Below are positions 1 through 11,197 of a stretch of 64,000 nucleotides of DNA, in pieces. Position 1 is the first letter of the stretch, and each line of letters begins with the position of its first letter. Under the pieces are notes generated by a model. That model made no database searches. It was not told the DNA's origin and saw only the letters and a program-made list of their open reading frames with translations. The DNA is from Nitrospirota bacterium. GTDB lineage: Bacteria; Nitrospirota; UBA9217. Location: contig CAWFSF010000002.1 of the NCBI GenBank assembly GCA_963818475.1, positions 320,001 to 384,000 on the forward strand. Reading direction: 5' to 3'. Made by a program: the position numbers and the translations under genes.

Positions 1-1
1 G

Positions 2-103
2 ATCGACCATTTAAACGGACTGCTGTTCATCGACCGCTTAAGCCCGCTCAAGAAGAACATCTTCAAACGAAGATTCCGGAAGACCTCATCACAGACGGAA
101 TAA
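2..103 (+). CDS. def: Peptide deformylase, C-terminal part (truncated by window edge)
   Basis: Manual translation IDHLNGLLFIDRLSPLKK (end of the HExDHLxG motif); directly upstream of fmt. Confidence 0.9.
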   Translation: MDHLNGLLFIDRLSPLKKNIFKRRFRKTSSQTE

Positions 104-130
104 GATGCTCACCACGGAACCGGGGGGCCT

Positions 131-1052
131 ATGAAGCTGGTATATATGGGCACGCCGCAGTTCGCGGTGCTGCCATTGCTCTCGCTGATCGAGGCGGGCC
201 ATGAGGTCGTGGCCGTTGTCACCAGGATCGACAAGCCGGCGGGACGGGGACGGGCTTTGGCCGCGCCTGCGGTCAAACGAGCGGCGCTTGAGCGCGGTCT
301 TACCGTATACCAGCCGAAGCGCGTGCGCGAACCGGAGTTCATCGAGACCCTGAGAACACTCGGACCCGAGGCGATCGTCGTTGCCGCCTATGGCCAGATC
401 CTGCCGCCGGGAGATCCTGACGCTGCCGAAGTACGGGTGCATCAATATCCATGCCTCCCTGCTGCCGCGCTACCGCGGCGCAGCGCCCATCACCTGGGCC
501 ATCGTCCGGGGTGAGGCCGAGACCGGAAACACCATCATGCAGATGGACGAAGGCATGGACACCGGGGCGATCCTGCTGCAGGAACGCATCCCCATCGACC
601 CGAAAGATACGGCAGGTACACTGACGGAAAAGCTGTCCCTGCAGGGCGCGAAACTGATAACTGCGGCGCTGCCGCTGATCGCCTCCGGGAAGCTCACGCC
701 GACTGCGCAGGACAGCTCCGGGGCGACTCTGGCCCCGCTGCTCAAAAAAGAAGACGGCCGCATTGACTGGGAACGCGGGGCGCAGGAGATCCACGACCGG
801 GTCCGCGGCATGAGCCCCTGGCCCGGAGCGTACACGGTCCTGGACAACAAGATCGTCAAGCTGATCGAGACTGCGGTCGCGGACGGAAGTGCAGAACCGG
901 GCCGTTTGCTGGAAAAGGACGGGAACACCCTTTTCGCAGGCACCGGCAGCGGCCTGCTGCAGCTCCTGACCATTCAGCCGGAGGGCAAAAAGCCCATGTC
1001 GGCTGCTGAGTTCCTGCGCGGACACCGGGGATATCGCAGGGAAAAAATTTGA
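131..1052 (+). CDS. fmt: Methionyl-tRNA formyltransferase (frameshift near 410)
   Basis: MGTPQFA N-terminus in ORF 131..514; INIHASLLPRYRGAAPI and MDEGMDTG in ORF 381..1052. Confidence 0.95.
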
Positions 1053-1060
1053 CGCGACAA

Positions 1061-1188
1061 GCACCAAATCCCATGCACCAAATTCCAAATAAGCTCCAAG
1101 AACCGAAATCACAATAACCAAACGTTTCGGACCTTGAATTTTGGAGTTTGGAATTTATTTGTTATTTGGAATTTGTAGTTTGGAATTT
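1061..1188. repeat. Mirrored heptamer-like repeat element, family A (CCAAAT../..TTGGAAT)
   Basis: CCAAAT-rich left arm, AAACGTTT centre, TTGGAAT-rich right arm; GTTTGGAATTTATTTGTTATTTGG also occurs at ~52756. Confidence 0.8.
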
Positions 1189-1196
1189 TAAAAATT

Positions 1197-1970
1197 ATGT
1201 CCGAACCTAAAAAACGCATATTCATCGGCCTCATTGTTTTTACGGTCCTCCTGATCACCGCGATCACCGTGGGACTGTACCTGATCCCCTATATCGGGCT
1301 CAGGAACATCCACCCTCTGGCGCCGACGATCGTCTGCTATACCATGGGCTCCATGCTCGGCCTCCTGCTGTTGGGGGTGGGACTGCTCATCGCGACGCTC
1401 GTCCGGGGCAGGGAGGTCTTTCTTGCCGCGCGGCTCAGGGGCGTCGTCATCGAGGTGCTCTTCCCGATCATGATCATCGTGGGCAGGCTCCTGGGCATCT
1501 CCAAGATGAAGGTCCAGCAGTCCTTCGTTGAGGTGAACAATCTGCTCGTCCGCGCCCGCTGCGCCGAGATCAAGCCGAAGCGCCTCCTGCTGCTCATGCC
1601 GCACTGCCTCCAGTTCAGCGACTGCGAGATCAAGGTGACGAGCGACGCCTCGAAATGCAAGGCCTGCGGCAAGTGCAAGATCAAGGACCTGGTGGAACTT
1701 GCGCAGAAATATGACGTCCACCTTTCCGTTGCCACGGGAGGGACGCTGGCGCGCCGCCGCGTTGCAGAGGCCAAACCTGAAGCGATCATTGCCGTGGCCT
1801 GCGAACGGGACCTCACGAGCGGCATCCAGGACGCCTACCCCCTGCCGGTGATCGGCATTCTGAACGATCGCCCTTTCGGGCCCTGCTTCAATACGAGCGT
1901 CGACATCACCAAAGTTGCCGAGGCGCTCGAATTTCTCGTAAGCGGCAGATGCGAGACCCCGGTTGCTTAA
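1197..1970 (+). CDS. DUF116-family membrane protein
   Basis: Two N-terminal TM segments, then PHCLQ..C..CKACGKC, VATGGTLARR and AVACERDL motifs; position between fmt and rsmB. Confidence 0.8.
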   Translation: MSEPKKRIFIGLIVFTVLLITAITVGLYLIPYIGLRNIHPLAPTIVCYTMGSMLGLLLLGVGLLIATLVRGREVFLAARLRGVVIEVLFPIMIIVGRLLGISKMKVQQSFVEVNNLLVRARCAEIKPKRLLLLMPHCLQFSDCEIKVTSDASKCKACGKCKIKDLVELAQKYDVHLSVATGGTLARRRVAEAKPEAIIAVACERDLTSGIQDAYPLPVIGILNDRPFGPCFNTSVDITKVAEALEFLVSGRCETPVA

Positions 1971-3295
1971 GGACATCCCGCGGGAGACAGCGCTCACGAT
2001 CCTCTGCCGGGCGGAAGAGGGCATCTTCGTTGATGCCGCGCTTGCCCTTGCCCGCCAGCGGCTCGATGCGCGCGACAGCGCTTTCCTTCTGGAGCTCGTG
2101 TATGGAACGCTCCGGAACCGGGCGCTCCTTGACTGGACGCTGAACCGCTTCTCGGCGAAGCCCGTGGACACGACCGATGCCTGGACCCGGAATATTCTGC
2201 GGCTTGCGGCCTACCAGATGCTGTTCCTCGACCGGGTGCCCGTGAGCGCAGCGGTGAACACCGCCGTGGAACTGGCCAAGGCGCATGGCAACAAACACGG
2301 GTATGTGAACGGACTCCTGCGGGGGTTGGACCGGAAGCGCAGCACGATCGGACAACCGGACCACGCCGACCCTGCAGTGCGCCTGGCCATCCGCTGCTCC
2401 CATCCGCTCTGGCTGGTCCGGCGCTGGGTCGCACGCTACGGGGCTGAAGCAGCCGAGACGCTGCTCCGGGCGAACAACCAGCCTGCGCCGCTTACCATCA
2501 GGGCCAACACGCTGAGAACAACGCGGCAGGCGCTCCGGGCGGCGTTGGAAGCCGAAGGAGTGTCTGTTGCGGAAACGGACGTAGCTCCCGCGGGCCTCAC
2601 CATTCTGGCAACGCCGCAGTGGCTGCGCATGCTTACAGGCCTATCGGGACGGCTGGTTCGTGGTGCAGGACCAGGCGGCCCAGCTCATCAGCCTGCTGCT
2701 CTCGCCGCAACCCGGCGAAACGGTCCTCGATGCCTGCGCAGCGCCCGGCGGCAAGACCACGCATCTGGCGGAGCTCATGCAGGACCAGGGGGCCGTTGTC
2801 GCGCTCGAACTGGATGCTTCGCGCATGGTGAAGATCCGCGAAAACAGCAGACGGCTCGGCATGACGAGCATCGCAACCGTCCAGGGGGACGCGACGTCCT
2901 ATCACGAAGGCAGCTACGACCGGGTGCTGATCGACGCACCCTGCTCCGGCCTCGGCGTCCTGCGAAGGCACCCCGACGGCAGATGGAACAAGGCCGAGCA
3001 GACCGTGGACGAGCACGCTGCGCTCCAGCGGCGGATCCTGCAGAACTGCTCCGGCCTGCTGAAACCGGGCGGCACACTGGTCTATGCAACCTGCACCACC
3101 GAGCCCGCTGAGAACGACGATGTGATCGCGTGGTTTCTCGCCGGGCCGGGAAGCTCGTTTCAGATCGACGATCCCCGTCCCCTGCTGCCGCAAGCGGCAG
3201 CAACGCTCGTGGACAGCCGCGGTTTCTTCCGGACGGTTCCGACCGCGCCGGACATGGACGGGTTTTTCGGCGTTCGGCTGGTGAAAAAATCATGA
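1963..3295 (+). CDS. rsmB: 16S rRNA m5C967 methyltransferase RsmB/Sun (frameshift near 2640)
   Basis: NusB-like N-terminus; VQDQAAQ, DACAAPGGKT, DAPCSGLG and YATCT motifs. Confidence 0.92.
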
Positions 3296-3400
3296 TGCAG
3301 GAAACAGGATGCAGAAAGACAAAAAGTACTTCACATAAACTCCGCTCGCCTGCATCGTGCATCATGGATCCTGAACCCTGCATCATGGATCATGCATCTC
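3292..3400. repeat. Mirrored heptamer repeats (GATGCAG / TGCATCN)
   Basis: catgatgcaggaaacaggatgcag ... tgcatcgtgcatcatggatcctgaaccctgcatcatggatcatgcatc. Confidence 0.7.
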
Positions 3401-3454
3401 GTTATTATTGCTCTTGCATCTTATGATTACTCTGGTAAAATACGGCCCTAATTC

Positions 3455-4174
3455 ATGAAGCGTTTCCTGAAAGGCTTCGGCATATTTTTTGTCCTCCTCG
3501 GCATCGGAATCGTCAGTGCGCTTGCCGTTGTCTCCTTCCTGCTCCGGCAGGAGGAGGTGCGGGTGCCTGATCTCACGGGCCAGGATATCGTGACCGTGAT
3601 CGAAACGCTTAACCTGCAGGGGCTCCAGCTCAAGGTCGAGCGGCGCGTGGCAGATCAGCTCATGCCGCGGGACACGGTTATCTCGCAGACACCGCCCGCA
3701 GGCAGCGGCATCAAAAAGGGCCGGCCGGTCAGGGTGGTCGTAAGCCAGGGACCGAGCGACCTGACGACGCCCCGGCTGATCGGCGAGCACTATCGCAAAG
3801 CGGATATCCTGATCAGACAGGCGGGATTCCTCCCGGGCGGCGTCGCAAAGGTTTCCTCGGACACGGTGGAGCGGGACACGGTGATCGCCCAGGCGCCGCA
3901 GGCCGGCAGCCTGCTTGAAAAAGGCGATACGGTCAGCCTGCTGGTTAGTTCGGGGAAAAAGCAATCCACCCTGGCAACACCGCAGCTCGTCGGCAAAAGG
4001 GCTGAGGAAGCAGTACGGGTGATTGAACGCATGGGGCTTCAGCACCGACTGTCCTACCGTGCAGCAGCTGATAAAGGATCGACGTCAACGGGGCGCATGG
4101 TGTTGAACCAGCGGCCTGCTGCGGGCTACCCCATAACGCCGGACGGAATGGTGGAGATCGTCGTGACGCGGTAG
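3455..4174 (+). CDS. Membrane-anchored PASTA-domain protein (three PASTA repeats)
   Basis: N-terminal TM; repeats VPDLTG..VISQTPPAG, TPRLIG..VIAQAPQAG, TPQLVG..VLNQRPAAG. Confidence 0.85.
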   Translation: MKRFLKGFGIFFVLLGIGIVSALAVVSFLLRQEEVRVPDLTGQDIVTVIETLNLQGLQLKVERRVADQLMPRDTVISQTPPAGSGIKKGRPVRVVVSQGPSDLTTPRLIGEHYRKADILIRQAGFLPGGVAKVSSDTVERDTVIAQAPQAGSLLEKGDTVSLLVSSGKKQSTLATPQLVGKRAEEAVRVIERMGLQHRLSYRAAADKGSTSTGRMVLNQRPAAGYPITPDGMVEIVVTR

Positions 4175-4291
4175 GGGCGGGGCGGTCTCGATGCGCCCGC
4201 AGTGTTCGGGCGCCTCATGGAAATGATGCTATAGCGCTGCGCTATCTTCTCACCACACGCTTCGTGGTAAAACAGCGAAAGGTTGCCGCCA

Positions 4292-4951
4292 ATGACACGT
4301 AAAATCAAAGTAGCGCCATCGATCCTCTCGGCCGATTTCTCCCGCCTGGGTGATGAGATCAGGGCAGTGGAAGCAGCAGGGGCCGACATCATCCATGTGG
4401 ACGTCATGGACGGGCACTTCGTGCCGAACATCACCATCGGCCCCCTGATCGTCGAAGCGGCCCGCCGGTCGACGAAACTGCCGCTCGACGTGCATCTCAT
4501 GATCACGAACCCGGAGCTGTATATCGCGGACTTTGCGAAGGCCGGCGCCGATTATATCGCCGTGCATGTCGAGACCGCATTCCATCTGCACCGGCTCGTC
4601 CAGTCGATCAAGGAGCACAAGCGTAAAGGCCGCCGTAGCGCTCAATCCCGCGACGCCGCTCTCGGCCCTCGATCATATCCTTGCCGACCTCGACATGGTC
4701 GTGATCATGTCGGTGAATCCCGGCTTCGGCGGACAGTCCTTCATCCCCTCGGCCATGGAGAAGATACGCGCAGCTCAGGAAGCGGATCGACGCCGCGGGC
4801 CTGAACATCGAGATCGAAGTGGACGGCGGCGTCAAACCGTCCAATGCCGCGGAGATCGCCGCAGCCGGTGCCGATATCCTGGTGGCCGGCTCGGCCGTAT
4901 ACGGCGCAAAGGATTATGCAGCGGCTATAAAAGCGATCAAAAGACACATAG
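4292..4951 (+). CDS. rpe: Ribulose-phosphate 3-epimerase (frameshifts near 4620, 4770 and probably 4940)
   Basis: [36 protein letters not shown] and VAGSAVY across three frames. Confidence 0.92.
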
Positions 4952-5013
4952 CTGTTTTTGCACTCCGAACTCCAGACTCCGAAGCTCTGAACTTATTTCC
5001 GCAGGAGGTTCCA

Positions 5014-6801
5014 TTGACCATAAAAAAACAGACATCGCAAGTACCCGTAGAGCTCAAGGATGTCAAAGAGCCGATGCTCTACCGCGACATGTTCCCTTAT
5101 TCGAGCGTGCCCCGGGTGGTGTTCGAGGACCGGATGATCCAGACCAGCATCCCGAAGGACATCTGGATCACGGACACGACGTTCCGCGACGGCCAGCAGT
5201 CGCGGCCGCCCTATACGCCGAAACAGATCGTGGACATCTTCGACTTCATGCACCGCATGAGCGGACCGAAGGGCGTGATCCGCCAGACCGAGTTCTTTCT
5301 CTATTCCGAAAAGGACCGCGAGGCCGTCCGCCTCTGCAAGGAGCGGGGTTACCGGTTTCCCGAGATCACGGGCTGGATTCGGGCGAACAAGAACGACTTC
5401 AAGCTGGTCAAGGAGATGGGGCTCAAGGAAACGGGCATCCTCACTTCGTGCTCGGATTACCACATTTTTCTGAAGCTGAACCTGTCCCGCAAGGATGCGC
5501 TCAAGCAATATCACGACATCGTCGTCACGGCGCTGGAGCAGGGCATCACGCCGCGCTGCCATCTCGAAGACATCACGCGAGCCGATTTCTACGGTTTCGT
5601 CATCCCCTTTGTGCAGGACTTGATGAAGCTTGCCCAGGAGTCGAAGGTCCCGATCAAGGTCCGTGCCTGCGACACCATGGGCTACGGTTTCCCTTTCCCC
5701 GGCACGGCACTGCCGCGCGGGGTCCCGGAAATATTCTATGCCCTTATCCACGACGGCGGCGTGCCGTCGGAGCAGCTTGAGTGGCACGGACACAACGACT
5801 TCCACAAAGGCCTGGTGAACGGCGTGGCTGCATGGATGTATGGCTGCGCCGCCGTGAACGGCGCGCTCCTCGGCTTCGGCGAGCGCACCGGCAACACGCC
5901 GGTCGAGGCGATGTTGATCGACTACATCAGCCTGACCGGGGACGGCGACGGCATCGACACCACGGCGATCACCGATATGGCCGAGTACTTCCGCAATGAA
6001 ATGAACTTCCCGATCCCGACCAACTATCCCTTTGTCGGGTCCGAGTTCAACTCGACGAGCGCCGGGATCCACGCCGACGGCATGATGAAGAACGAGGAGA
6101 TCTATAATATCTTCGATACCTCGAGGATCCTGAAGCGGCCCATGGGCGTCATTATTACCGACAAATCGGGCATCGCCGGCATCGCCCATTGGGTAAACAG
6201 CCACCTTCATTTGGATGCGGACAAGAAGATCGACAAGCGCCATCCGGGCCTCGCCAAGATGCACAAGTGGGTCCTTGCGCAGTACGAGCAGGGCAGGACC
6301 ACGAGTATCTCGCACGACGAGCTGCTGGACCGCGCCAAAAAGTATCTTCCCGAATACTTTATCTCCGATCTTGACCGGCTGAAGAAGAAAGCCTCCGAAG
6401 TCGCGCGCCACATCGTAGAAGCTTTTGTCGAGCGGCCGGAGATCAGGGCCATGGACCCGGTGAAACAGGAGCCGGTAATGGAAAAACTCCAGCGGGAAGA
6501 CCCCTTTATCCAGTTCGCTTATGTGGTGAACGCGGATGGAAGAAAGATCACCAAGAATATAACCGATATTGAGAACAAGGCAAAGTTCGAGACTTCCGGG
6601 CTCGGGGACAATTTCTCCGACCGGCCCTGGTTCATCAGCCCCATGAAGGACGGCAAGAGCTTTGTCTCGGATTTTTATACGTCCAAGATAACGGGCGCGC
6701 TTTGCATCACGGTATCGGCGCCCATCGCCGACGACGAAAGCAACATTGTCGGGGTGTTCGGGGTGGATATCCGGTTCGAGGATCTGGTGCGGGCGGAATA
6801 A
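5014..6801 (+). CDS. Re-citrate synthase-like DRE-TIM metallolyase (LeuA/HMGL family) with C-terminal Cache domain
   Basis: TDTTFRDGQQS, HGHNDF, GERTGN, AGIHADG; C-terminal DRPWF..SDFYTSKITGALCITVSAPI..GVFGVDI; TTG start after a GGAGG RBS. Confidence 0.75.
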   Translation: MTIKKQTSQVPVELKDVKEPMLYRDMFPYSSVPRVVFEDRMIQTSIPKDIWITDTTFRDGQQSRPPYTPKQIVDIFDFMHRMSGPKGVIRQTEFFLYSEKDREAVRLCKERGYRFPEITGWIRANKNDFKLVKEMGLKETGILTSCSDYHIFLKLNLSRKDALKQYHDIVVTALEQGITPRCHLEDITRADFYGFVIPFVQDLMKLAQESKVPIKVRACDTMGYGFPFPGTALPRGVPEIFYALIHDGGVPSEQLEWHGHNDFHKGLVNGVAAWMYGCAAVNGALLGFGERTGNTPVEAMLIDYISLTGDGDGIDTTAITDMAEYFRNEMNFPIPTNYPFVGSEFNSTSAGIHADGMMKNEEIYNIFDTSRILKRPMGVIITDKSGIAGIAHWVNSHLHLDADKKIDKRHPGLAKMHKWVLAQYEQGRTTSISHDELLDRAKKYLPEYFISDLDRLKKKASEVARHIVEAFVERPEIRAMDPVKQEPVMEKLQREDPFIQFAYVVNADGRKITKNITDIENKAKFETSGLGDNFSDRPWFISPMKDGKSFVSDFYTSKITGALCITVSAPIADDESNIVGVFGVDIRFEDLVRAE

Positions 6802-6841
6802 CCAAAGAGAATCCCTGATCGGCGCATTATCAGCACACAAA

Positions 6842-6881
6842 ACAGCCGGCGTTCAAAGATGAACGTCGGCTGTACTTTTTT
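6842..6881 (+). terminator. Rho-independent terminator
   Basis: acagccggcgttca-aaga-tgaacgtcggctgt hairpin followed by a T-tract. Confidence 0.75.
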
Positions 6882-7134
6882 CAGCTTGCGCTAAGGCTGC
6901 ATCCTCTCAGAACAATGGGTTAATCAACACATCCTGATCGGGCTTGTGGTCAAAATGACCACGGGCAGAATGGCTTGTCGCAAAAGAGCGACACTGCAGT
7001 TTTTTGCGCGAGCGCACGTCGCACCGGTCTCTGCTGCATGCCCTGTTTCAGCAGTTCCTCTTTGATTCCCCGGCGAAACGCTCTTCCCCATGCTCATGCG
7101 TTGACCGGTTTTTAATTGACAGAGGTGGTCACCT

Positions 7135-7935
7135 ATGTTAGATTTTTTACGCAGGCGCAACTATCTCAAGATCGATGGTCATCAGGGAGAAAAAATGCCG
7201 CCAAAGCTGGAAGAGCTGTATGAGCAGGGCATGGATGCGTTCAACAAGAACGAGTACGGCGTCGCTGAACAAGCCTTCCTGCAGATCCTGAGCACCAAAC
7301 CTGATTTTGCCGATATCCAGAACAAAATGGGCATTATCTACAATCAGACGAACAGGCTTGAGCTTGCGGTCAAGGCCTTTGAAAAAGCCATCGAATTGAA
7401 CCCGGGGTATACCGAAGCATCGCTGAACCTTGCCGTCACCCTCAGTGAGCGCGGAAAGTATGATAAGGCCCGGGAGGTCTTTGAGAAAGCCGCCCGTTTT
7501 GCCGAGAAACCCGCAGCAGGACCTGCGGACAGGACAACGCCAACAAAGCCGGCCGTCGATCCTTTTGTCAAGGGCAAGCTCGCAGACGAGCATCTGCGCT
7601 TAGGCAAGCTGTACTACGACATGGGACTCCTTGATGAGGCCATCGACGAGTACCAGAAGGCCCTCCGCCTTGCCCCGACCTTCGCCGACATCATTACTCA
7701 GCTCGGAATCGCCCTGCGGGACCAGGGCAAGCAGAATGAAGCGATCAAGGAGTTTAACCGGGCGATCGAGATCAATGCCAATTTCATTCCCGCGCGGCTG
7801 CACCTGGGGATCACCTATTACTCCCAGGGATTCTACGGGCTGGCCGAAGAGGAATGGCGGAAGGCCCTCAAGATCAATCCCGAGAATTCCGCGATCAAGA
7901 CCTATCTCAATTTCGTACGACCTCAGAAATCCTGA
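7135..7935 (+). CDS. TPR-repeat protein
   Basis: Repeated A..LG..Y...G...EAI..Y.KAL.L.P units. Confidence 0.85.
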   Translation: MLDFLRRRNYLKIDGHQGEKMPPKLEELYEQGMDAFNKNEYGVAEQAFLQILSTKPDFADIQNKMGIIYNQTNRLELAVKAFEKAIELNPGYTEASLNLAVTLSERGKYDKAREVFEKAARFAEKPAAGPADRTTPTKPAVDPFVKGKLADEHLRLGKLYYDMGLLDEAIDEYQKALRLAPTFADIITQLGIALRDQGKQNEAIKEFNRAIEINANFIPARLHLGITYYSQGFYGLAEEEWRKALKINPENSAIKTYLNFVRPQKS

Positions 7936-7949
7936 CCGGAGCATTGCGC

Positions 7950-8911
<962 letters not shown>

Positions 8912-9076
8912 ATCGATTGCGGATTGCGGAATGCGGAATGCGGATCAATGACCATTGACGATCTTAATACCCTGATCCGATTTATGCATTTGCTCGAGAA
9001 TTCGGCCATGCTTGTTCGCGTAATTCGTGCTCGTATATCGTGCGAAATTCTGCTGTCCAGGTTCTCCGTAATAGAT

Positions 9077-10042
9077 ATGACTAACGACACTTCCTCGAAA
9101 TCGACAACGTCTTCAAGACCTTTCCCGTAAAAGCGGGTTTCGGCAGGTCCGCGGTCGCCAAGGCCGTGGACGGCGTTACGCCTGTCCGTGGCTGCCGGTG
9201 AAGTGGTCGGACTTGTCGGCGAAAGCGGCTGCGGCAAATCCACGCTCGGCAGGATCGCGCTGAACCTGATCGAACCCACCGCGGGCACCGTCTCGTTCAA
9301 AGGCCGGGTCTTAAGCACTCTGGACAAGGACGAGCTCCGGTCGCTCCGCAAAGAGATGCAGATCATCTTCCAGGACCCCTTTGCCTCCCTCAATCCGCGG
9401 ATGCGCGTCCAGGAGATCATTGTCGAACCGCTCGTGATCCATGGCCTTGCCCGCACAGACGAGCTGGCGGACCGCGCCGCGGCCCTGCTCCAGAAAGTGG
9501 GGCTTCCGACCGATGCCCTCCGCCGCTACCCGCATGAATTCTCCGGCGGCCAGCGCCAGCGCATCGGCATCGCGCGGTCGCTCGCCAGCAACCCTTCCTT
9601 CATCGTGGCCGACGAACCGGTCTCGGCGCTCGATGTTTCGGTGCAGGCACAGATCATCAACCTGCTCGACGACCTTCGCTCCGAGATGGGGCTTGCCTTC
9701 CTGTTCGTTGCCCACGACCTGAACCTGGTGCACCACTTCTCGGACCGCGTGGCCGTCATGTACCTGGGCAGGATCGTGGAGATCGCAGCCTCCGACGAGA
9801 TCTACCGGAACCCGTCGCACCCCTACACCGAGGCGCTGCTCGCGGACATCCCCGTCGCCGATCCCACGGTGAAGAAGAAAGCACATCCTGCTGAACGCCG
9901 ATATCCCGAGCCCGACCCAGATCCCCCCGGCTGCCGGTTCCACACCCGCTGCATCCACCGCTTCGAACCCTGCGACAAGATCGTGCCGAAAACAACGGAC
10001 CTCGGGAACGGCCACTTCGTGGATTGCCATTTGCGGGGATAG
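9077..10042 (+). CDS. dppF: Oligopeptide/dipeptide ABC transporter ATPase, OppF/DppF type (frameshifted 5' end)
   Basis: GESGCGKST, EFSGGQRQRIGIAR, DEPVSALD, GCRFHTRC. Confidence 0.85.
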
Positions 10043-10331
10043 CGAGAAAAGCAGAGAATGAAACAACTGCGGTCTTGAGGATCACTTCGGTACGGTGTGC
10101 GTGGAATGGATGCTGAAGATCTTCTCCCGGCATGTGCCCTGCCCTTTCACTCTTTCGATTTCCTTCATCTAATACATTAGTACTTCCTTTCCTGGATCCG
10201 AAGCTCTTATCCCTGCGCTTGTGAACTTGCACAGATGTATGCCTTCACCACTGACCTGCTTTGCAATTTGAACAATCAGAAAACCGCCTTTTCTCAGGTA
10301 TGCGAATTTAGAAGAGGAACGATTTGCGAAA

Positions 10332-10366
10332 AATCAATCACTTGCATTCTGGCATGGCTGATGCAA
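10332..10366 (+). promoter_or_regulatory. Sigma-54 (-24/-12) promoter with adjacent IHF site
   Basis: TGGCATGGCTGATGCA at 10350-10365 (GG-N10-GC); AATCAATCACTTG at 10332-10344 matches WATCAA-N4-TTR. Confidence 0.75.
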
Positions 10367-10404
10367 TATACCTGGCAAGACAAGACGAAAAGGAGGGCAC
10401 GATC

Positions 10405-10722
10405 ATGAAAACCACAATAGCAAGAAAGACAGCATACATAGGGGCAGGTGCAGGACTGGTGTTGTTCGCTCTGTTCGGACTTTTACCCGGCAGCCTCTTA
10501 GGCGGCGCCATGGGGATCAATGTTGCGGGATGGCTCTTCGGGCTTCCGCTCGAACCGGGGCTTATCTCGCGGGCTATCGTTCTGGCCGGCATGCTCGTCG
10601 GCGTCCTGGTTGCCGGCATCGTTATCGTAACGGCAGGCACAACGGTCGGATGGCTCGTTGGCAGGCTTCTGGAAGGTTCTGCCCATGAGGAGCAGGCTCA
10701 CAAGGCCATGGGGCACCGGTAG
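10405..10722 (+). CDS. Small glycine-rich membrane protein, unknown function
   Basis: AGGAGG RBS; about 105 aa, about three hydrophobic Gly-rich helices. Confidence 0.8.
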   Translation: MKTTIARKTAYIGAGAGLVLFALFGLLPGSLLGGAMGINVAGWLFGLPLEPGLISRAIVLAGMLVGVLVAGIVIVTAGTTVGWLVGRLLEGSAHEEQAHKAMGHR

Positions 10723-10805
10723 GGAGATCAGAAGTAAGAAGCAATATAACGGCAAATAGAGAAAATAAAACGATTTTCCAAATCTTGGAAAAGGAGGAAT
10801 TGGCC

Positions 10806-11153
10806 ATGAAGAACGAAACAGTAAAAGCGGGAATGAAGATCGGTGCAACGATCGGCGGGCTGGTGTTTTTGGTGGCGGGGATCGTTCCGGGATTCTACTT
10901 CGGCAGCTTCGGGACCCTGATCCTGCTCCAGAAGATCATGGGCGGAGCGGTAGAACCCACGCTCTTTGTGCGGGCGGCGATCGTGATGGGGATCGCCGTC
11001 GGGATCGCCTGTGCTGCCACGGTGAGCATCGTGGTCGGCGGGTTGCTCGGCACCGCAATGGGGTATATCATTTCAGCTCCGGCCGCTCGCCGGGAAAAGA
11101 AGGAGCTGCTGAGACCGCATAATAGAACGGGCAGCCTCTCACAGCAGCCCTGA
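10806..11153 (+). CDS. Small glycine-rich membrane protein, paralog of the upstream gene (true stop may be ~11123)
   Basis: AGGAGG RBS; G..PG...G and EP.L..RA.. pattern shared with 10405..10722. Confidence 0.8.
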   Translation: MKNETVKAGMKIGATIGGLVFLVAGIVPGFYFGSFGTLILLQKIMGGAVEPTLFVRAAIVMGIAVGIACAATVSIVVGGLLGTAMGYIISAPAARREKKELLRPHNRTGSLSQQP

Positions 11154-11166
11154 TCATCCTTAACGA

Positions 11167-11189
11167 AGGCGGTGAGAAACTCACCGCCT
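11167..11189. terminator. Hairpin between convergent genes
   Basis: aggcggtgag-aaa-ctcaccgcct perfect stem. Confidence 0.55.
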
Positions 11190-11197
11190 CGTTGTAT

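Noticed and set aside
4819-6801. Apparent Rpe-citrate synthase fusion (660-aa ORF)
   Set aside because: Removing one A near 4940 restores a TAG at 4949-4951; the linker is a heptamer repeat, and the downstream gene has its own RBS and TTG
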